64,000 bases of DNA from Calditrichia bacterium (GCA_050633245.1 JBOEGD010000015.1:21681-85680), one strand, 5' to 3'; numbered from the stretch's first letter, positions 9,633 through 20,391 are shown. Made by a program: numbers and translations. The notes: generated from the sequence alone by a model not told the origin.

Positions 9633-11507
9633 ATGACGACGCAGTCGATGCGATTTTTACGAATCATTCTATGTGTAACGCTAGGATTCTTTATACTACA
9701 GTGTGGAGAAAAAATGGACACATCCGCGCCAGCAGACATTCATTCCTTTTCACGTCCAGACCATGTGAAGGTAACTCACATCGATCTGGATATCAGCGTA
9801 GATTTCGAGAAGAAAGAGATCGCCGGTCAGGCAGCACTGCACATCGAGAATATTACCGGTGGCAGCACTCTTATTGTTGATACTCGAGACCTCACGATTG
9901 AGAAGGTAATTATCGATAAACATGGCACCGAAGCCTCTTTCACTCTGGGTGATGAGAAAGCCTTTATGGGGCGCCCGCTAACCATCGACATTAAACCGGA
10001 AACAGATGTAGTTGTTGTTCATTATCACACCTCCCCGGAAGCAGGCGCACTTCAATGGCTGGCTCCCGAGCAGACAGCCGGCAAAAAACAGCCATTTCTC
10101 TTTACACAGTCTCAGGCAATTTTAGCCCGCACCTGGGTTCCCTGTCAAGACAGCCCTGGTGTTCGCATTACCTATAATGCCCGCGTCAAAACGTCTCCCG
10201 AATTAATGGCTGTTATGAGTGCTGAAAACGGCACGAGCAAAACAGATGATGGCGTCTATACCTTCCAGATGACGCAGCCGATTCCCAGCTACCTGCTTGC
10301 ACTTGCAGTTGGCGATTTGGAATATCGTGCACTTGGCCCTACCAGTGGTGTTTACGCAGAGCCATCGATGATCGAGAAATCGGCCTATGAATTTGCCGAC
10401 GTTGAAAAGATGATACAAACCTCCGAGGCACTGTACGGCAAATATCGCTGGGGGAAATATGACATTATTGTATTGCCACCCAGCTTTCCCTTTGGCGGAA
10501 TGGAAAATCCTCGCCTGACCTTCGCAACGCCGACGATCCTGGCAGGAGATCGCTCACTTACATCGCTAATTGCGCATGAGCTGGCACACTCCTGGAGCGG
10601 TAATCTGGTAACCAACGCGACTTGGAATGATTTCTGGCTAAACGAAGGCTTCACCGTCTATTTCGAAAATCGTATTATGGAAGCGCTTTACGGAGAAGAC
10701 TATGCGCGCATGCTCGCACAGCTTGGCTATCAGGACTGCCTCGATGAAATTGCTGATTTGGGTCCGGAAAGCGAAGACACACACTTATTTTTGGATTTGA
10801 GCCAGCGCGACCCGGATGATGGCATGACGAATATTGCCTATGAAAAGGGACGCCTCTTTCTGAAAATGTTGGAAGATCATTACGGTCGCGAAAAGTGGGA
10901 TGCTTTTTTGCTTTCATATTTTAACGAGCGTGCCTTTAAATCTACCACGACAGATGGTTTTCTTGATTACCTGAACAGCAATCTGATAATGGGAGATAAA
11001 GCGACTGAAGAAAAGCTGCGAATTAATGACTGGATTTTTGGACCAGGTTTGCCAGATAACTCACCGATTCCAAAATCAGGAGAATTTGCAAAGGTTGAAG
11101 CGCAGATAAAATCGTGGACAACCGGCACTGCTGCACAAAAGCTGGATACCAAAAATTGGACGACGCATCATTGGTTACATTTTCTGCGCAACATGCCCAA
11201 GCATCTGACGAATCAACAAATGGCCGATCTGGACAAGGCATTTAACTTCACTGAGTCAGGTAATAGCGAAATTCAGTTTGTGTGGTATACGCTCGGAATT
11301 CGCAACAGCTATCAGCCGGTTAATACGCCGGTTGCTGCATTTCTACAAAACGTTGGCCGACGCAAGTTCATCAAGCCGCTTTATGAAACACTGGCAGAAA
11401 CGCCAGCCGGCCTGGAAAAAGCTCGGGAGATCTACAAAACCGCACGTTCCGGTTATCACCCGGTAACCTATCTGAGCGTCGATCCCATTCTGGGCTTCCA
11501 AAACTAA
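9633..11507 (+). CDS. M1 family aminopeptidase (leukotriene A4 hydrolase-like), lipoprotein
   Basis: GGMEN, HELAH-x18-E (LNEGF), LTA4H-like C-terminus GRRKF, lipobox-like ILQC. Confidence 0.92.
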   Translation: MTTQSMRFLRIILCVTLGFFILQCGEKMDTSAPADIHSFSRPDHVKVTHIDLDISVDFEKKEIAGQAALHIENITGGSTLIVDTRDLTIEKVIIDKHGTEASFTLGDEKAFMGRPLTIDIKPETDVVVVHYHTSPEAGALQWLAPEQTAGKKQPFLFTQSQAILARTWVPCQDSPGVRITYNARVKTSPELMAVMSAENGTSKTDDGVYTFQMTQPIPSYLLALAVGDLEYRALGPTSGVYAEPSMIEKSAYEFADVEKMIQTSEALYGKYRWGKYDIIVLPPSFPFGGMENPRLTFATPTILAGDRSLTSLIAHELAHSWSGNLVTNATWNDFWLNEGFTVYFENRIMEALYGEDYARMLAQLGYQDCLDEIADLGPESEDTHLFLDLSQRDPDDGMTNIAYEKGRLFLKMLEDHYGREKWDAFLLSYFNERAFKSTTTDGFLDYLNSNLIMGDKATEEKLRINDWIFGPGLPDNSPIPKSGEFAKVEAQIKSWTTGTAAQKLDTKNWTTHHWLHFLRNMPKHLTNQQMADLDKAFNFTESGNSEIQFVWYTLGIRNSYQPVNTPVAAFLQNVGRRKFIKPLYETLAETPAGLEKAREIYKTARSGYHPVTYLSVDPILGFQN

Positions 11508-11534
11508 CGATATCCTCATATTTATATTGCCGCA

Positions 11535-11570
11535 TTTAATAGCGCCGCACAATTGTGCGGCGCTATTAAA
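11535..11570. terminator. 36-bp perfect palindrome between convergent genes; likely bidirectional terminator
   Basis: TTTAATAGCGCCGCACAA|TTGTGCGGCGCTATTAAA is exactly self-complementary. Confidence 0.7.
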
Positions 11571-12036
11571 AATCCACCGAAAACAATGAAGCCGGAAGAT
11601 CGTAATGGCTACGGAGCAGGGTCTTATAAACGTGCTCCTGCTGATCTGCCGACAAGAAACGTCCCGCCCGCTGTAGCTTTAGAAACAGATTCTGAGCCAT
11701 CTCAACCCGAAGCCGTCCTATCTCCACAAAAAGAGTGTCAATGTCTTCTCTTAAAGCAACCTCGCTCTGTTGAAGACGAACAACTTCAGCTGTAAGACTA
11801 TCGCAAGCCGATCTCTGAGCAGCTGTATCGTGATGAAAACGCCTAATGACAACCGCCAGCTGTCTTCGCTGAGAGCGGTCCAACCGAAGACGCCGTTCCG
11901 GAGCATCCGGTAACGCAGTTTCCTGACGCGGTACATGTGCAGGCTTAACAAAGCGAAAATACATATAGCCCAATAGCGCCCCAAGGTTCAGAAGAAAGAT
12001 CAGGAAGATGATTGCGGAAAGGGTTCGAATATTCAT
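11566..12036 (-). CDS. Periplasmic Spy/CpxP-like (heavy-metal-resistance type) protein
   Basis: N-terminal TM, helical body with LxLxxxQ (LRLDRSQ) and LSADQQ motifs. Confidence 0.6.
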   Translation of the reverse strand: MNIRTLSAIIFLIFLLNLGALLGYMYFRFVKPAHVPRQETALPDAPERRLRLDRSQRRQLAVVIRRFHHDTAAQRSACDSLTAEVVRLQQSEVALREDIDTLFVEIGRLRVEMAQNLFLKLQRAGRFLSADQQEHVYKTLLRSHYDLPASLFSVDF

Positions 12037-12064
12037 GGGGTCACAAAGTCGGTTAGAAATGAAA

Positions 12065-12089
12065 GAGGCCGAAGCAATACTCCGACCTC
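12065..12089 (-). terminator. Rho-independent terminator candidate
   Basis: Minus strand GAGGTCGGAG-TATTG-CTTCGGCCTC followed by TTTCATTT; G-U pairing favours the minus strand. Confidence 0.6.
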
Positions 12090-12140
12090 AAAAAAACAAT
12101 ACTAGTCAGCCCACCGTCGTATCGGCTGGCCAATGCACAA

Positions 12141-12515
12141 CTATTCTGCCAAACCCGTAACTTCTTCTTCAAAGTTCTCGCAGGAGTCTGCTAAAGAAAT
12201 GTGCATGTTCTTAAGCGCACAAACATGATAAAAGTCTTCATCTTCACTGGTCGTTTTTCCAGTGTTTATATAGGCGAGACGGTGTTTGCAAAATTGACAG
12301 GTTTTACAATCTTGATTTGCAGGTGCTTTTTTCTCCGGCGCGGCAGGACGATTAACCAGTTTGCGTACGAAGTAGTTCGTTGAATCAAAATTCATCGACA
12401 GTGCCTGCAAAACATTTCGAATACGAAGTAACAGATATACCTGAGACACCAGCAGTAGCAGAAAAGCAGCTAGTATCAAATACGCTAAATTGGAATTAGT
12501 TAGCAGCTCTTGCAT
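12141..12515 (-). CDS. Membrane-anchored hypothetical protein with a Cys-rich C-terminal domain
   Basis: N-terminal TM; CKTCQFC...C...SCENF. Confidence 0.65.
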   Translation of the reverse strand: MQELLTNSNLAYLILAAFLLLLVSQVYLLLRIRNVLQALSMNFDSTNYFVRKLVNRPAAPEKKAPANQDCKTCQFCKHRLAYINTGKTTSEDEDFYHVCALKNMHISLADSCENFEEEVTGLAE

Positions 12516-12630
12516 GTTGTTTCGATCTCCCGTTTTCAGCTTACATCGATGTAAATTTTGGCATGACGTAAAAAAGCAATAATTGTGCTGTTAACTATGA
12601 TCGAAAACAACTGCAAAAAGTTTAATTTTT

Positions 12631-13398
12631 TTAGCGTAGAAATGGCAAATTCAAACCGATGCCACCGCGAACATAAAAGCCCGTCATATCAAATTGCGAA
12701 TCGCTGATAATAGATTCACGCTCAGGAGCGTCCAGTCGCGTGATTGTTCCATCAAGCTCACCGAAGTTTCCATATTGAACACCTCCCTCTGCCCACAAGA
12801 AAAGCGCCGGCTGCAAACGCAGTGTGCCACCGGCAGAAATAAGACCCGATAACGTGTTACCGGTAAACTCTGCGTTGGAATCAAAATGTCCGGAGGGGTC
12901 ACCAAAGTTGCTTTGGGTAATCGAGTTTGCGCGAAGAACCATAAGCCCCACTCCTGCCCCCATATATTTGTTAAAGCGTCCCCAGCTATTGTAGCCGATG
13001 TAGTAGTGCAGGTTAATCATAAAGTCGTACATCTCGACGTCACGCTTATAGTTAAACGTTTCTGATGTTAAAGGGCTATTAAACTGAGATTCTGCAGTGT
13101 TATCATAAAAAGCGACGTTGGCATTAAAGAAATAATCTTCACCGGTATGATACTCTATTTGCACGCCCCACATTTTATCGCTGCTAATTTCACCGGCATC
13201 AGGAAAGTCCTGACCGGTAATTCGTCGAAACTCAGCAATATCATTTTCAATTTTGGAATTTACATCACCCATCTTTGGCAGATAAATGCCGTAATGTGGT
13301 TTTATTGTTACTTGTGAAAAAGCAGTGGCACAAAACAAAAAAGTTAACGTAAATATAAAATAGTTGCGCGTAAGACTCATAAGAACTCCAATCATCAT
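12631..13398 (-). CDS. Outer-membrane beta-barrel protein
   Basis: Signal peptide, alternating beta-strands, YMGAGVG and a C-terminal GFYVRGGIG strand. Confidence 0.7.
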   Translation of the reverse strand: MMIGVLMSLTRNYFIFTLTFLFCATAFSQVTIKPHYGIYLPKMGDVNSKIENDIAEFRRITGQDFPDAGEISSDKMWGVQIEYHTGEDYFFNANVAFYDNTAESQFNSPLTSETFNYKRDVEMYDFMINLHYYIGYNSWGRFNKYMGAGVGLMVLRANSITQSNFGDPSGHFDSNAEFTGNTLSGLISAGGTLRLQPALFLWAEGGVQYGNFGELDGTITRLDAPERESIISDSQFDMTGFYVRGGIGLNLPFLR

Positions 13399-13703
13399 CC
13401 CGGGGTTAGGCGGGTTAGAAAAATGCCCGAAAGCGGTAAGTTATGTGACCTTTATATTTACCTTGAAATGAGAATGTTTCCTTCAAAAAATAAAATGCAA
13501 AAAAAAAACGTTGCATTTAGAAAGAAACTTGTTTATATGTCTGCGTAAAGCAATTATGAAAGAAGATAAACATACAGATATTTTCGCGAAAATCCGACAT
13601 TGGGTTTGACGTTGAAATGGAACCTGGTCGTAAAAACGGCTTTAAAAAGAGAATCAATATATTTTAAGAGATTTACGATATTGTGGTTCGACAGGAGAGA
13701 AAA

Positions 13704-14006
13704 ATGGAATTTCCCGATCGCATGAGTCAGAAGGTGGTAAGCCGGGCAGAAGAAGAACTTTTCGAGCAAATGTGCGAGTTGCTTGAACTGGAGCTAGATC
13801 AAATAGACTATTTAATCTATGAAGATTTCGATGAAGTCGATTATAGTATGTATGACGATTTCGACGATATGGACTCCGGTGAGTCATGGACTCCGGAACA
13901 CCGCATAATTGAAGTATACTATACCGATGGCACCCGAGAAGAAATTGAGGTGGAAGTAGATTCGGAACTGGACGAAACGTTGAAACGCATTCTGGGCGAC
14001 CTTTAG
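13704..14006 (+). CDS. Small, very acidic hypothetical protein
   Basis: AGGAG RBS before the ATG at 13704; D/E-rich 100 aa ORF. Confidence 0.7.
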   Translation: MEFPDRMSQKVVSRAEEELFEQMCELLELELDQIDYLIYEDFDEVDYSMYDDFDDMDSGESWTPEHRIIEVYYTDGTREEIEVEVDSELDETLKRILGDL

Positions 14007-14018
14007 GCCGCCCATTGA

Positions 14019-14777
14019 TTATGCTACTATTTCTTTTGCCAGAGCATCAAAGTCTTTCGCCCCATGGCTGCTCGACTGATAATCGAAGATCGTTTTACCG
14101 TAACGCGGAGACTCTGCCAAAGCAATATTAGTGCGAATCTTTGCCTTGGTTACCCTGCCATTAAAATGACTTTCTAACTGCCCGATAACATATTCCGACA
14201 TTTTGTTTCGCTTATCGTACATTACCGGCACCATCTTTCCAACAGTCAGCTCAGGGTTATACTTCTTTTTGATAACCTCAACAAGCGCCAAAATCTTACC
14301 CAGCCCGCGAAGAGCCAAATAGTGGCACTGTACCGGAACAAACACCTCGTTTACAAAAGACAGAGCGTTAATGGTCAGAAAACCAAGTGACGGCGGACAG
14401 TCGATTATCAGATAATCGTAATCCAATTTAGCTTTGGTAAAAGCGTTGTGCAGTTTGAAGTAGCGGATAGCTTTGGTAGGATGTGTATTGTAAAGCACCG
14501 TTTCAAGCTTTGCCAGGTCGCGCCCCGCCGGAAGAAAGTCAAGATTTTCCGCATAATTGATACAGACGTCTGCAAATGGCGAACGCCCATCAATAAAACG
14601 TTCTACCCCGGGTACTTTACGAAAGTCGGTACCAAGGTGTTCGGTCAGATTTGCCTGGGGATCCAGATCTACCAGCAAGACTCTCTTGCCGAGACGGCTT
14701 AAGGCAGCACCTAAGTTTATTGAAACGGTCGTCTTCCCGACGCCGCCTTTCAGATTTGTTACAGCTATTGTTTTCAT
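14019..14777 (-). CDS. ParA/Soj family ATPase
   Basis: Deviant Walker A KGGVGKTT, DLDPQANLT, IIDCPPSLG, LAESP..G. Confidence 0.93.
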   Translation of the reverse strand: MKTIAVTNLKGGVGKTTVSINLGAALSRLGKRVLLVDLDPQANLTEHLGTDFRKVPGVERFIDGRSPFADVCINYAENLDFLPAGRDLAKLETVLYNTHPTKAIRYFKLHNAFTKAKLDYDYLIIDCPPSLGFLTINALSFVNEVFVPVQCHYLALRGLGKILALVEVIKKKYNPELTVGKMVPVMYDKRNKMSEYVIGQLESHFNGRVTKAKIRTNIALAESPRYGKTIFDYQSSSHGAKDFDALAKEIVA

Positions 14778-15172
14778 AAGAACATCCAATTCTCTTGTGT
14801 GACAGAAAGCTATTCAATTTCGCAGGATGCGCTTTGACGAAAATCAAGTCGCACGTTTTTGCTTTCATTATTTCCCCTCTCCATGCCATGAGTAAACCTC
14901 GATATGAGCAGTAGATAGAATATAAATAATACCTTTTCCTTCGTTACGATTTTTGATTGCTTAACTGTAAATGCAACCCTCATCTACTCGGAGCCATTTA
15001 AAGAAATCACATTCCCGGGAATTCTCCCATTCATAGCTTCGAAACTCCAGCTGTAAAACTTCAAAAGGTAATTTGTGTGGTAGGGGTGTTTCTCGATTGC
15101 TGCGTAGTAAGGGCTAAACGAAGTATGGTAAGAGCCATACGTCTTACGCAACAATCCAAAAGGAACATTTTT

Positions 15173-16972
15173 ATGAAGACTAACATACGCCCCGTCGTTT
15201 CAATTAGCAATATTATCATTCTAAGTCAATTGCTTCTGATGATTTTTCTGTCTCAACCAGCCAAATCTCAACAATTTTCCCCGAGCTTCGATGCAAAACT
15301 GCTTTCATATCCGTTAAAGTCGGGAAATCCTTCACCAATTATTGAGTCTGAACCTAACAATAATTTCACCGAAGCAAATATACTTACAATAGGCGATTCT
15401 GCTGAAATCCATGGCCTAATAAATAGTGCGGGAGACAACGACTTTTTCCGCTTCGAGATAACCACAGCTCAAGGTTATCTATTTAGAACAGCAGGCACCT
15501 CATTTTTTACGGATGTATTTCCACGTCTCGAGCTTTATGATGAGACGGGTAACCTGTTATCTCTAAGTGAGATGTTGTTTCCGCTACCGATCATGTCTCA
15601 ACTCGCCTATGAGTTTTCCCTTCCCGGGATTTATTATATAAAAATAGAGAATTTGGAGGGCACCGGCGGAAGCGATTCTCTGGGTTACGCATATTCTCTC
15701 AGCATTAAACCGGCAATTCTATCCGACAACTTGGCAATAACCAGACTATCGTCCAAGAGAACCCAGCGTCCCGTTTATCACGTTGAGAAGGCAGGGGATT
15801 TCTTATTTGGGCTGGAACTCGACTCGCTGCCACAGTTGAAGTCCTGGAATGTTTCCGATCCTGAAAATCCAATTATTCTGGACTCTCTTCCCTTTTTCGG
15901 ACTACCGAATAGTATCGCAATATCTGGCAATTACGCCTATATTCCTCTGCAGTTTGGGGTAAACGGTATTGCAGTTGTTGACATTTCCAATCCTGCAGCA
16001 TTATCAAGCCCTACCCAACTTATCGGCTTCGATGCTCGCAGCTCTTTTGTGGACAATACTGGTCTTTACATAACCGATGATGAGGGTGGGTTACGCCAAT
16101 ACGACATTTCCCAACCAGCAGTTCCGGTATTACAAAACCGTATCCAGCTTCCAGATAGTGTTATGCTGGGCTTAACGGCAAATGAGAGTCACTTGTTCAT
16201 TGGAACGAATAATCGAAACCTAATTATTCTTGATAAGCAAACTTTCAATATCCAGAGCACTTTACCTTTCAACGATATAGTGTCTTCTTGTATGTTAAGG
16301 GAAGACATTCTTTTTGTTTCAGGTGTTCAATCACTTTCAAGCATTGATATAAGTAACCCTGAAGCCCCACAAGTTATCTCTACATTTAGCACAGATATCA
16401 ACAACCTTTTTGTCTATAATTCGTTTCTAAGCGACGACTACATTTATCTTGCGAATATGTTTGGCGGCATTCGCAAAATTGATATCACTGACCCGGATAA
16501 TCTGATCGAATCCGGTTTTTATTATTCGTTAACGGATTTTACTGCACTCGACATGGTTGTAGAGAATGGTGTTGTGTATGCAGCAAGTGGCGAATTCTAT
16601 AATTTTAATGGTGGAGATCCCCGTAACGGGATACACATTCTACAAAACGATCTCGTTTCCGGTTTTGATGATAACAAACCCCGACAGGTCTCTTCCACAT
16701 TTGAACTACACTCTAATTATCCTAACCCTTTCAACCCTTCAACAACGATAACCTACAGCCTACAGAAGCCTTCAAATGTGCGGATGGCCATTTACAATAG
16801 CCTCGGGCAAGAAGTAACTGTTCTGGTAAACGAAAAACAATCTGCGGGAATCAAGAGTGTAAAATGGAATGGACTTGATAAAAACAACCGTCCCTCAAGC
16901 ACTGGAGTATATTTGTACCGCCTACAGACCGATGACGGGATTCAAACGCGTAGAATGATGTTGATCAAGTAA
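15173..16972 (+). CDS. Secreted protein with PPC-like domain, LVIVD-like beta-propeller repeats and C-terminal sorting (FlgD-Ig-like) domain
   Basis: ESEPNN...DNDFFRF; repeated VVDISNP/IDISNPEAP; C-terminal NYPNPFNPSTTI...GVYLYRL. Confidence 0.8.
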   Translation: MKTNIRPVVSISNIIILSQLLLMIFLSQPAKSQQFSPSFDAKLLSYPLKSGNPSPIIESEPNNNFTEANILTIGDSAEIHGLINSAGDNDFFRFEITTAQGYLFRTAGTSFFTDVFPRLELYDETGNLLSLSEMLFPLPIMSQLAYEFSLPGIYYIKIENLEGTGGSDSLGYAYSLSIKPAILSDNLAITRLSSKRTQRPVYHVEKAGDFLFGLELDSLPQLKSWNVSDPENPIILDSLPFFGLPNSIAISGNYAYIPLQFGVNGIAVVDISNPAALSSPTQLIGFDARSSFVDNTGLYITDDEGGLRQYDISQPAVPVLQNRIQLPDSVMLGLTANESHLFIGTNNRNLIILDKQTFNIQSTLPFNDIVSSCMLREDILFVSGVQSLSSIDISNPEAPQVISTFSTDINNLFVYNSFLSDDYIYLANMFGGIRKIDITDPDNLIESGFYYSLTDFTALDMVVENGVVYAASGEFYNFNGGDPRNGIHILQNDLVSGFDDNKPRQVSSTFELHSNYPNPFNPSTTITYSLQKPSNVRMAIYNSLGQEVTVLVNEKQSAGIKSVKWNGLDKNNRPSSTGVYLYRLQTDDGIQTRRMMLIK

Positions 16973-16995
16973 CTTACTGTCTATTAAACATCTCC

Positions 16996-17036
16996 AGACG
17001 CCCGACAGCTAACCGACTGATCGGGCGTCTTTTATT
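16996..17036 (+). terminator. Rho-independent terminator
   Basis: AGACGCCCGA...TCGGGCGTCT followed by TTTATT. Confidence 0.75.
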
Positions 17037-17193
17037 TCAGAGTGACTTTTTATAACGCGATGTGTCAAAATTAACAGGAGAGTAAAAATGCACTAATTCA
17101 AATTAATTTTATCGGGTAAACACATGGTTGTGCCCGGTTGCCCATAGTAAAAGCGCAGCGGGAATGCCCCAGACAACCAAGGGAGGTCTGCAA

Positions 17194-17571
17194 ATGGCCA
17201 TCTCAGTAAAAGTAGATAAGAGCAAGGTATTAATCCGAGGCAAGGGAAGAATAACAGATACGCATATCTTTATTGCGCATAAAATGAAGGTCGAGCATGC
17301 CGATTACAAACCTGGACTGCCTGTCTTATGCGACTTCACCGGTGTTACCGAAACCAGTATTACACCCTTTAGCCTTAAAATGCTGGCGGATATGCAGCTA
17401 TTTACACCCGAGTTATTTCAGGAAAGCCATATGGCCATTATTGCATCTGATGAGCAGGTTTATGCGCAGGCAAAGATGTTTCAAATTCTCACGTCTGAGT
17501 TGCCTCGGAAGCTGGAAGTTTTTCGAAAAAAACGTGAAGCGGTGCAGTGGTTGGTCGGTAAATTGGTATAA
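17194..17571 (+). CDS. Hypothetical SpoIIAA/STAS-like small protein
   Basis: GGAGG RBS; LCDFT...MAIIAS...LEVFR..REAVQWL pattern. Confidence 0.6.
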   Translation: MAISVKVDKSKVLIRGKGRITDTHIFIAHKMKVEHADYKPGLPVLCDFTGVTETSITPFSLKMLADMQLFTPELFQESHMAIIASDEQVYAQAKMFQILTSELPRKLEVFRKKREAVQWLVGKLV

Positions 17572-17596
17572 CTTAACGGAATAAAAGAGCTGAAAA

Positions 17597-17935
17597 CTAG
17601 TCTTCTTTCAGCTCATCCTGTAATTTTTCAAGCTGGTCTAAAATTGATGTCACTTTTCGTCCAAAATCGGTAAAGTGATACTCTACCCGCGGTGGAACTT
17701 CCGGAAAGATTTTCTTTTCCAGAATACCAAATTCCATATTTCTACGCAGGCATTCATTCAATACTTTTGTGCTCAATCCTTCAACAGATCTTACCATTTC
17801 ACCTGGTCGAATAATGCCGTGCGAGATCAAACGGTAAACCGTAAGTGTCCATTTACAGCGGTAAATGGTCTCGATCATCCGTGAGATACGCTCCGGTCTG
17901 GATTTTCTGGAAAAAACTTCGCCCTGTAATTTCAT
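17597..17935 (-). CDS. HxlR family winged-helix transcriptional regulator
   Basis: KW...GLSTKVLNECL...FPEVPPRVEY..TDFG; divergent from an SDR gene. Confidence 0.88.
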   Translation of the reverse strand: MKLQGEVFSRKSRPERISRMIETIYRCKWTLTVYRLISHGIIRPGEMVRSVEGLSTKVLNECLRRNMEFGILEKKIFPEVPPRVEYHFTDFGRKVTSILDQLEKLQDELKED

Positions 17936-18052
17936 AAAGTTATACCCGTTTGTACCTACCTTACCAGATTGTGCCTACTTTACAAGAAACAATAAGTTAA
18001 CTATGTTTTTCTAAAATATTGATGCAAAAAATATAAATCAAGGAGAAACACA

Positions 18053-18817
18053 GTGACAGCTTCAAATTCAATCGCATTGATTATAGGCGGAACCAGCGGC
18101 ATTGGCAAAGCGACCGCCAAACTATTACTGGGTCATGGAAAAACGGTACTCATTCTCGGTAACCGCCAAAACAAACTTCAGGCTGCTCAACAAGAGCTAA
18201 GTTCTTTTGGCACGGTTGAAACGCTTCAGGCAAACTTGTATGCTAAAGAAGCCGTGGAGACGGTTATTCAGCAGCTTGCACAGGAAAAGCGCCACGTTCA
18301 ATATTTGGTCAATGCAGCAGGCTATTTTAATCCCACACCTTTTGTCGATCATTCATCAGATGATTATGACAAGTATATGGATTTAAATAAGGCCATCTTT
18401 TTCATTACCCAGGCTGCAGTAAAAAATATGATCGCCCATAAAGGCGGATCAATTGTCAATGTGGGCTCCATGTGGGCAAAGCAAGCCGTGAAGGCCACGC
18501 CGTCTTCTGCATATTCGATGGCAAAGGCTGGTCTGCATTCCTTCACCCAACATTTAGCAATGGAGCTGGCCGATCATAACATTCGCGTCAATACGGTTTC
18601 ACCAGCGGTTGTGGCAACGCCAATTTATGAGGCGTTTATCGAAAAGGATCAGCTGGATGAGGCACTGGCAGGATTTAATGGCTTTCATCCAATTGGCAGA
18701 ATTGGCAGCCCGATAGATGTGGCCAAGGCAATTGGATTCCTTTTGTCGGACGATGCCGGATGGATAACCGGAAGCACCATGGATGTAGATGGAGGCGTGA
18801 TGGCGGGAAGAAATTAG
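18053..18817 (+). CDS. SDR family NAD(P)-dependent oxidoreductase
   Basis: GGTSGIG, VNAAG, YSMAK (YxxxK), VDGG. Confidence 0.93.
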   Translation: MTASNSIALIIGGTSGIGKATAKLLLGHGKTVLILGNRQNKLQAAQQELSSFGTVETLQANLYAKEAVETVIQQLAQEKRHVQYLVNAAGYFNPTPFVDHSSDDYDKYMDLNKAIFFITQAAVKNMIAHKGGSIVNVGSMWAKQAVKATPSSAYSMAKAGLHSFTQHLAMELADHNIRVNTVSPAVVATPIYEAFIEKDQLDEALAGFNGFHPIGRIGSPIDVAKAIGFLLSDDAGWITGSTMDVDGGVMAGRN

Positions 18818-18831
18818 CAGGGAAAAAACAT

Positions 18832-18884
18832 CTATAACAGTTGCCCTCGTAAATTTAAACACTACGTGGGCAACTTAGTTTATA
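18832..18884 (+). terminator. Stem-loop after SDR (terminator or attC-like remnant)
   Basis: AGTTGCCC...GGGCAACT inverted repeat bounded by CTATAAC and GTTTATA. Confidence 0.4.
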
Positions 18885-19015
18885 TTCCGATCGAAAACTT
18901 ATACCGGCGTCCATTCCAAAAGTAAGCTAAAGTCTCACCGCGATCTATTAGGATAAATGGAAATTCTGCTTATATTTTTCTACTATTCTTTCCGCGATTA
19001 AACAGTGAGCCGCCT

Positions 19016-20308
19016 ATGTATAACAAGCATGTTGAGACACTTGCTCTTGTAGAACTCCGAAAGCTTCAGAACATCAGACTAAGAGATTTGCTCCGACGAC
19101 TATATGATAACGTTCCATTCTATAGCCAACTGTTCGACAGTAATGGTATTCAGCCCGGCGATATTTCAGGCGTAGATGAACTTCATAAACTTCCCTTCAC
19201 ACGCAAAGAAGACTTGCGGAATAATTACCCGTATCAGATGTTCGCAACACCAATGAACGAAGTGCGACGCATTCATGCGTCGAGCGGAACAACCGGTAAG
19301 CCTACCGTGGTGGGCTATACACACAATGATCTTGAAATTTTCGATGACGTAGTGGCCCGTTCTTTGGTCTGTGCCGGCGCAAAGCCCGGTATGAAGTTGC
19401 ACAATGCTTATGGCTACGGTCTGTTTACCGGTGGACTCGGCATGCACGGCGGTGCAACGAAGCTCGGCATGGCGGTCATTCCGGTTTCCGGTGGCATGAC
19501 AGATCGGCAGCTGATGATTCTGCAGGATTTTGCACCGGAGGTTATGTGTTGTACCCCTTCCTATGCGCAAACGCTGGCAGAAGAATGCCAGGCTCGCGGT
19601 ATAGATCCGCAAAAGTTGGCCGTAAAGTATGCCGTCCTCGGAGCCGAACCATGGACAGAGACCATTCGCAATCAGGTTGAAAAAGGGCTGGCAGTAACTG
19701 CCACCAATATCTACGGACTCAGCGAGATTATCGGTCCCGGTGTGTCGCAGGAAGATTATGAAGAAAAAGGCAACGGCAGCTATGTCTGGGAAGACCATTT
19801 CTTTCCTGAGATTGTCAACAAAGATACCGGGAAACCTCTGCCTTATGGCGAAGAAGGCGTGCTGGTTTTTACCACGCTTACCAAAGAAGCGTTCCCGCTA
19901 CTGCGCTACTGGACGAACGATATATGCTCATTGCACTACGATCCACACGGCAAGCGCACGCACATCAAAATGTCTGCAATTAAGGGACGCGCTGATGATA
20001 TGCTTATTATCCGCGGGGTAAATCTTTTCTATACACAGGTGGAGGAGATCATTCAGCAATTCGACTTTTTGTTGCCGAATTATCAGCTGATTGTTTCACG
20101 TAGCGGCACGATGGATGAGGTGCTGGTAAAAGTTGAAGCCAATACCGGAGCAGAGCCAACCAGCACCGGGCTTGCAGAGCAACTCGCGGAAAAGATAAAA
20201 AACACGATTGGCTTATCAATGAAAATCAGCCTACAGCCGTTTGGCAGCATACCGCGCAGTCAGGGCGGCAAGCTGGCAAGGATTGTGGACTTACGGCTGG
20301 AGAGCTAG
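19016..20308 (+). CDS. paaK: Phenylacetate-CoA ligase family
   Basis: HASSGTTGKPT, GYGLFTGGLG, GAEPW, YGLSEIIGPG, GRADDMLIIRGVN. Confidence 0.9.
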   Translation: MYNKHVETLALVELRKLQNIRLRDLLRRLYDNVPFYSQLFDSNGIQPGDISGVDELHKLPFTRKEDLRNNYPYQMFATPMNEVRRIHASSGTTGKPTVVGYTHNDLEIFDDVVARSLVCAGAKPGMKLHNAYGYGLFTGGLGMHGGATKLGMAVIPVSGGMTDRQLMILQDFAPEVMCCTPSYAQTLAEECQARGIDPQKLAVKYAVLGAEPWTETIRNQVEKGLAVTATNIYGLSEIIGPGVSQEDYEEKGNGSYVWEDHFFPEIVNKDTGKPLPYGEEGVLVFTTLTKEAFPLLRYWTNDICSLHYDPHGKRTHIKMSAIKGRADDMLIIRGVNLFYTQVEEIIQQFDFLLPNYQLIVSRSGTMDEVLVKVEANTGAEPTSTGLAEQLAEKIKNTIGLSMKISLQPFGSIPRSQGGKLARIVDLRLES

Positions 20309-20391
20309 TATGAACATGGATAAAAGAGGAGAAAAGAGGATATAGAAGAGTTTAAAAAATTAAAACCTTGTAAAAGCAAAGATGCTAAACG

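Noticed and set aside
15101-15150. Nested hairpin in the leader of the 15173 gene (TGCGTA/TACGCA, GTATGG/CCATAC) as a riboswitch
   Set aside because: No recognisable aptamer consensus; an Rfam search would be needed.
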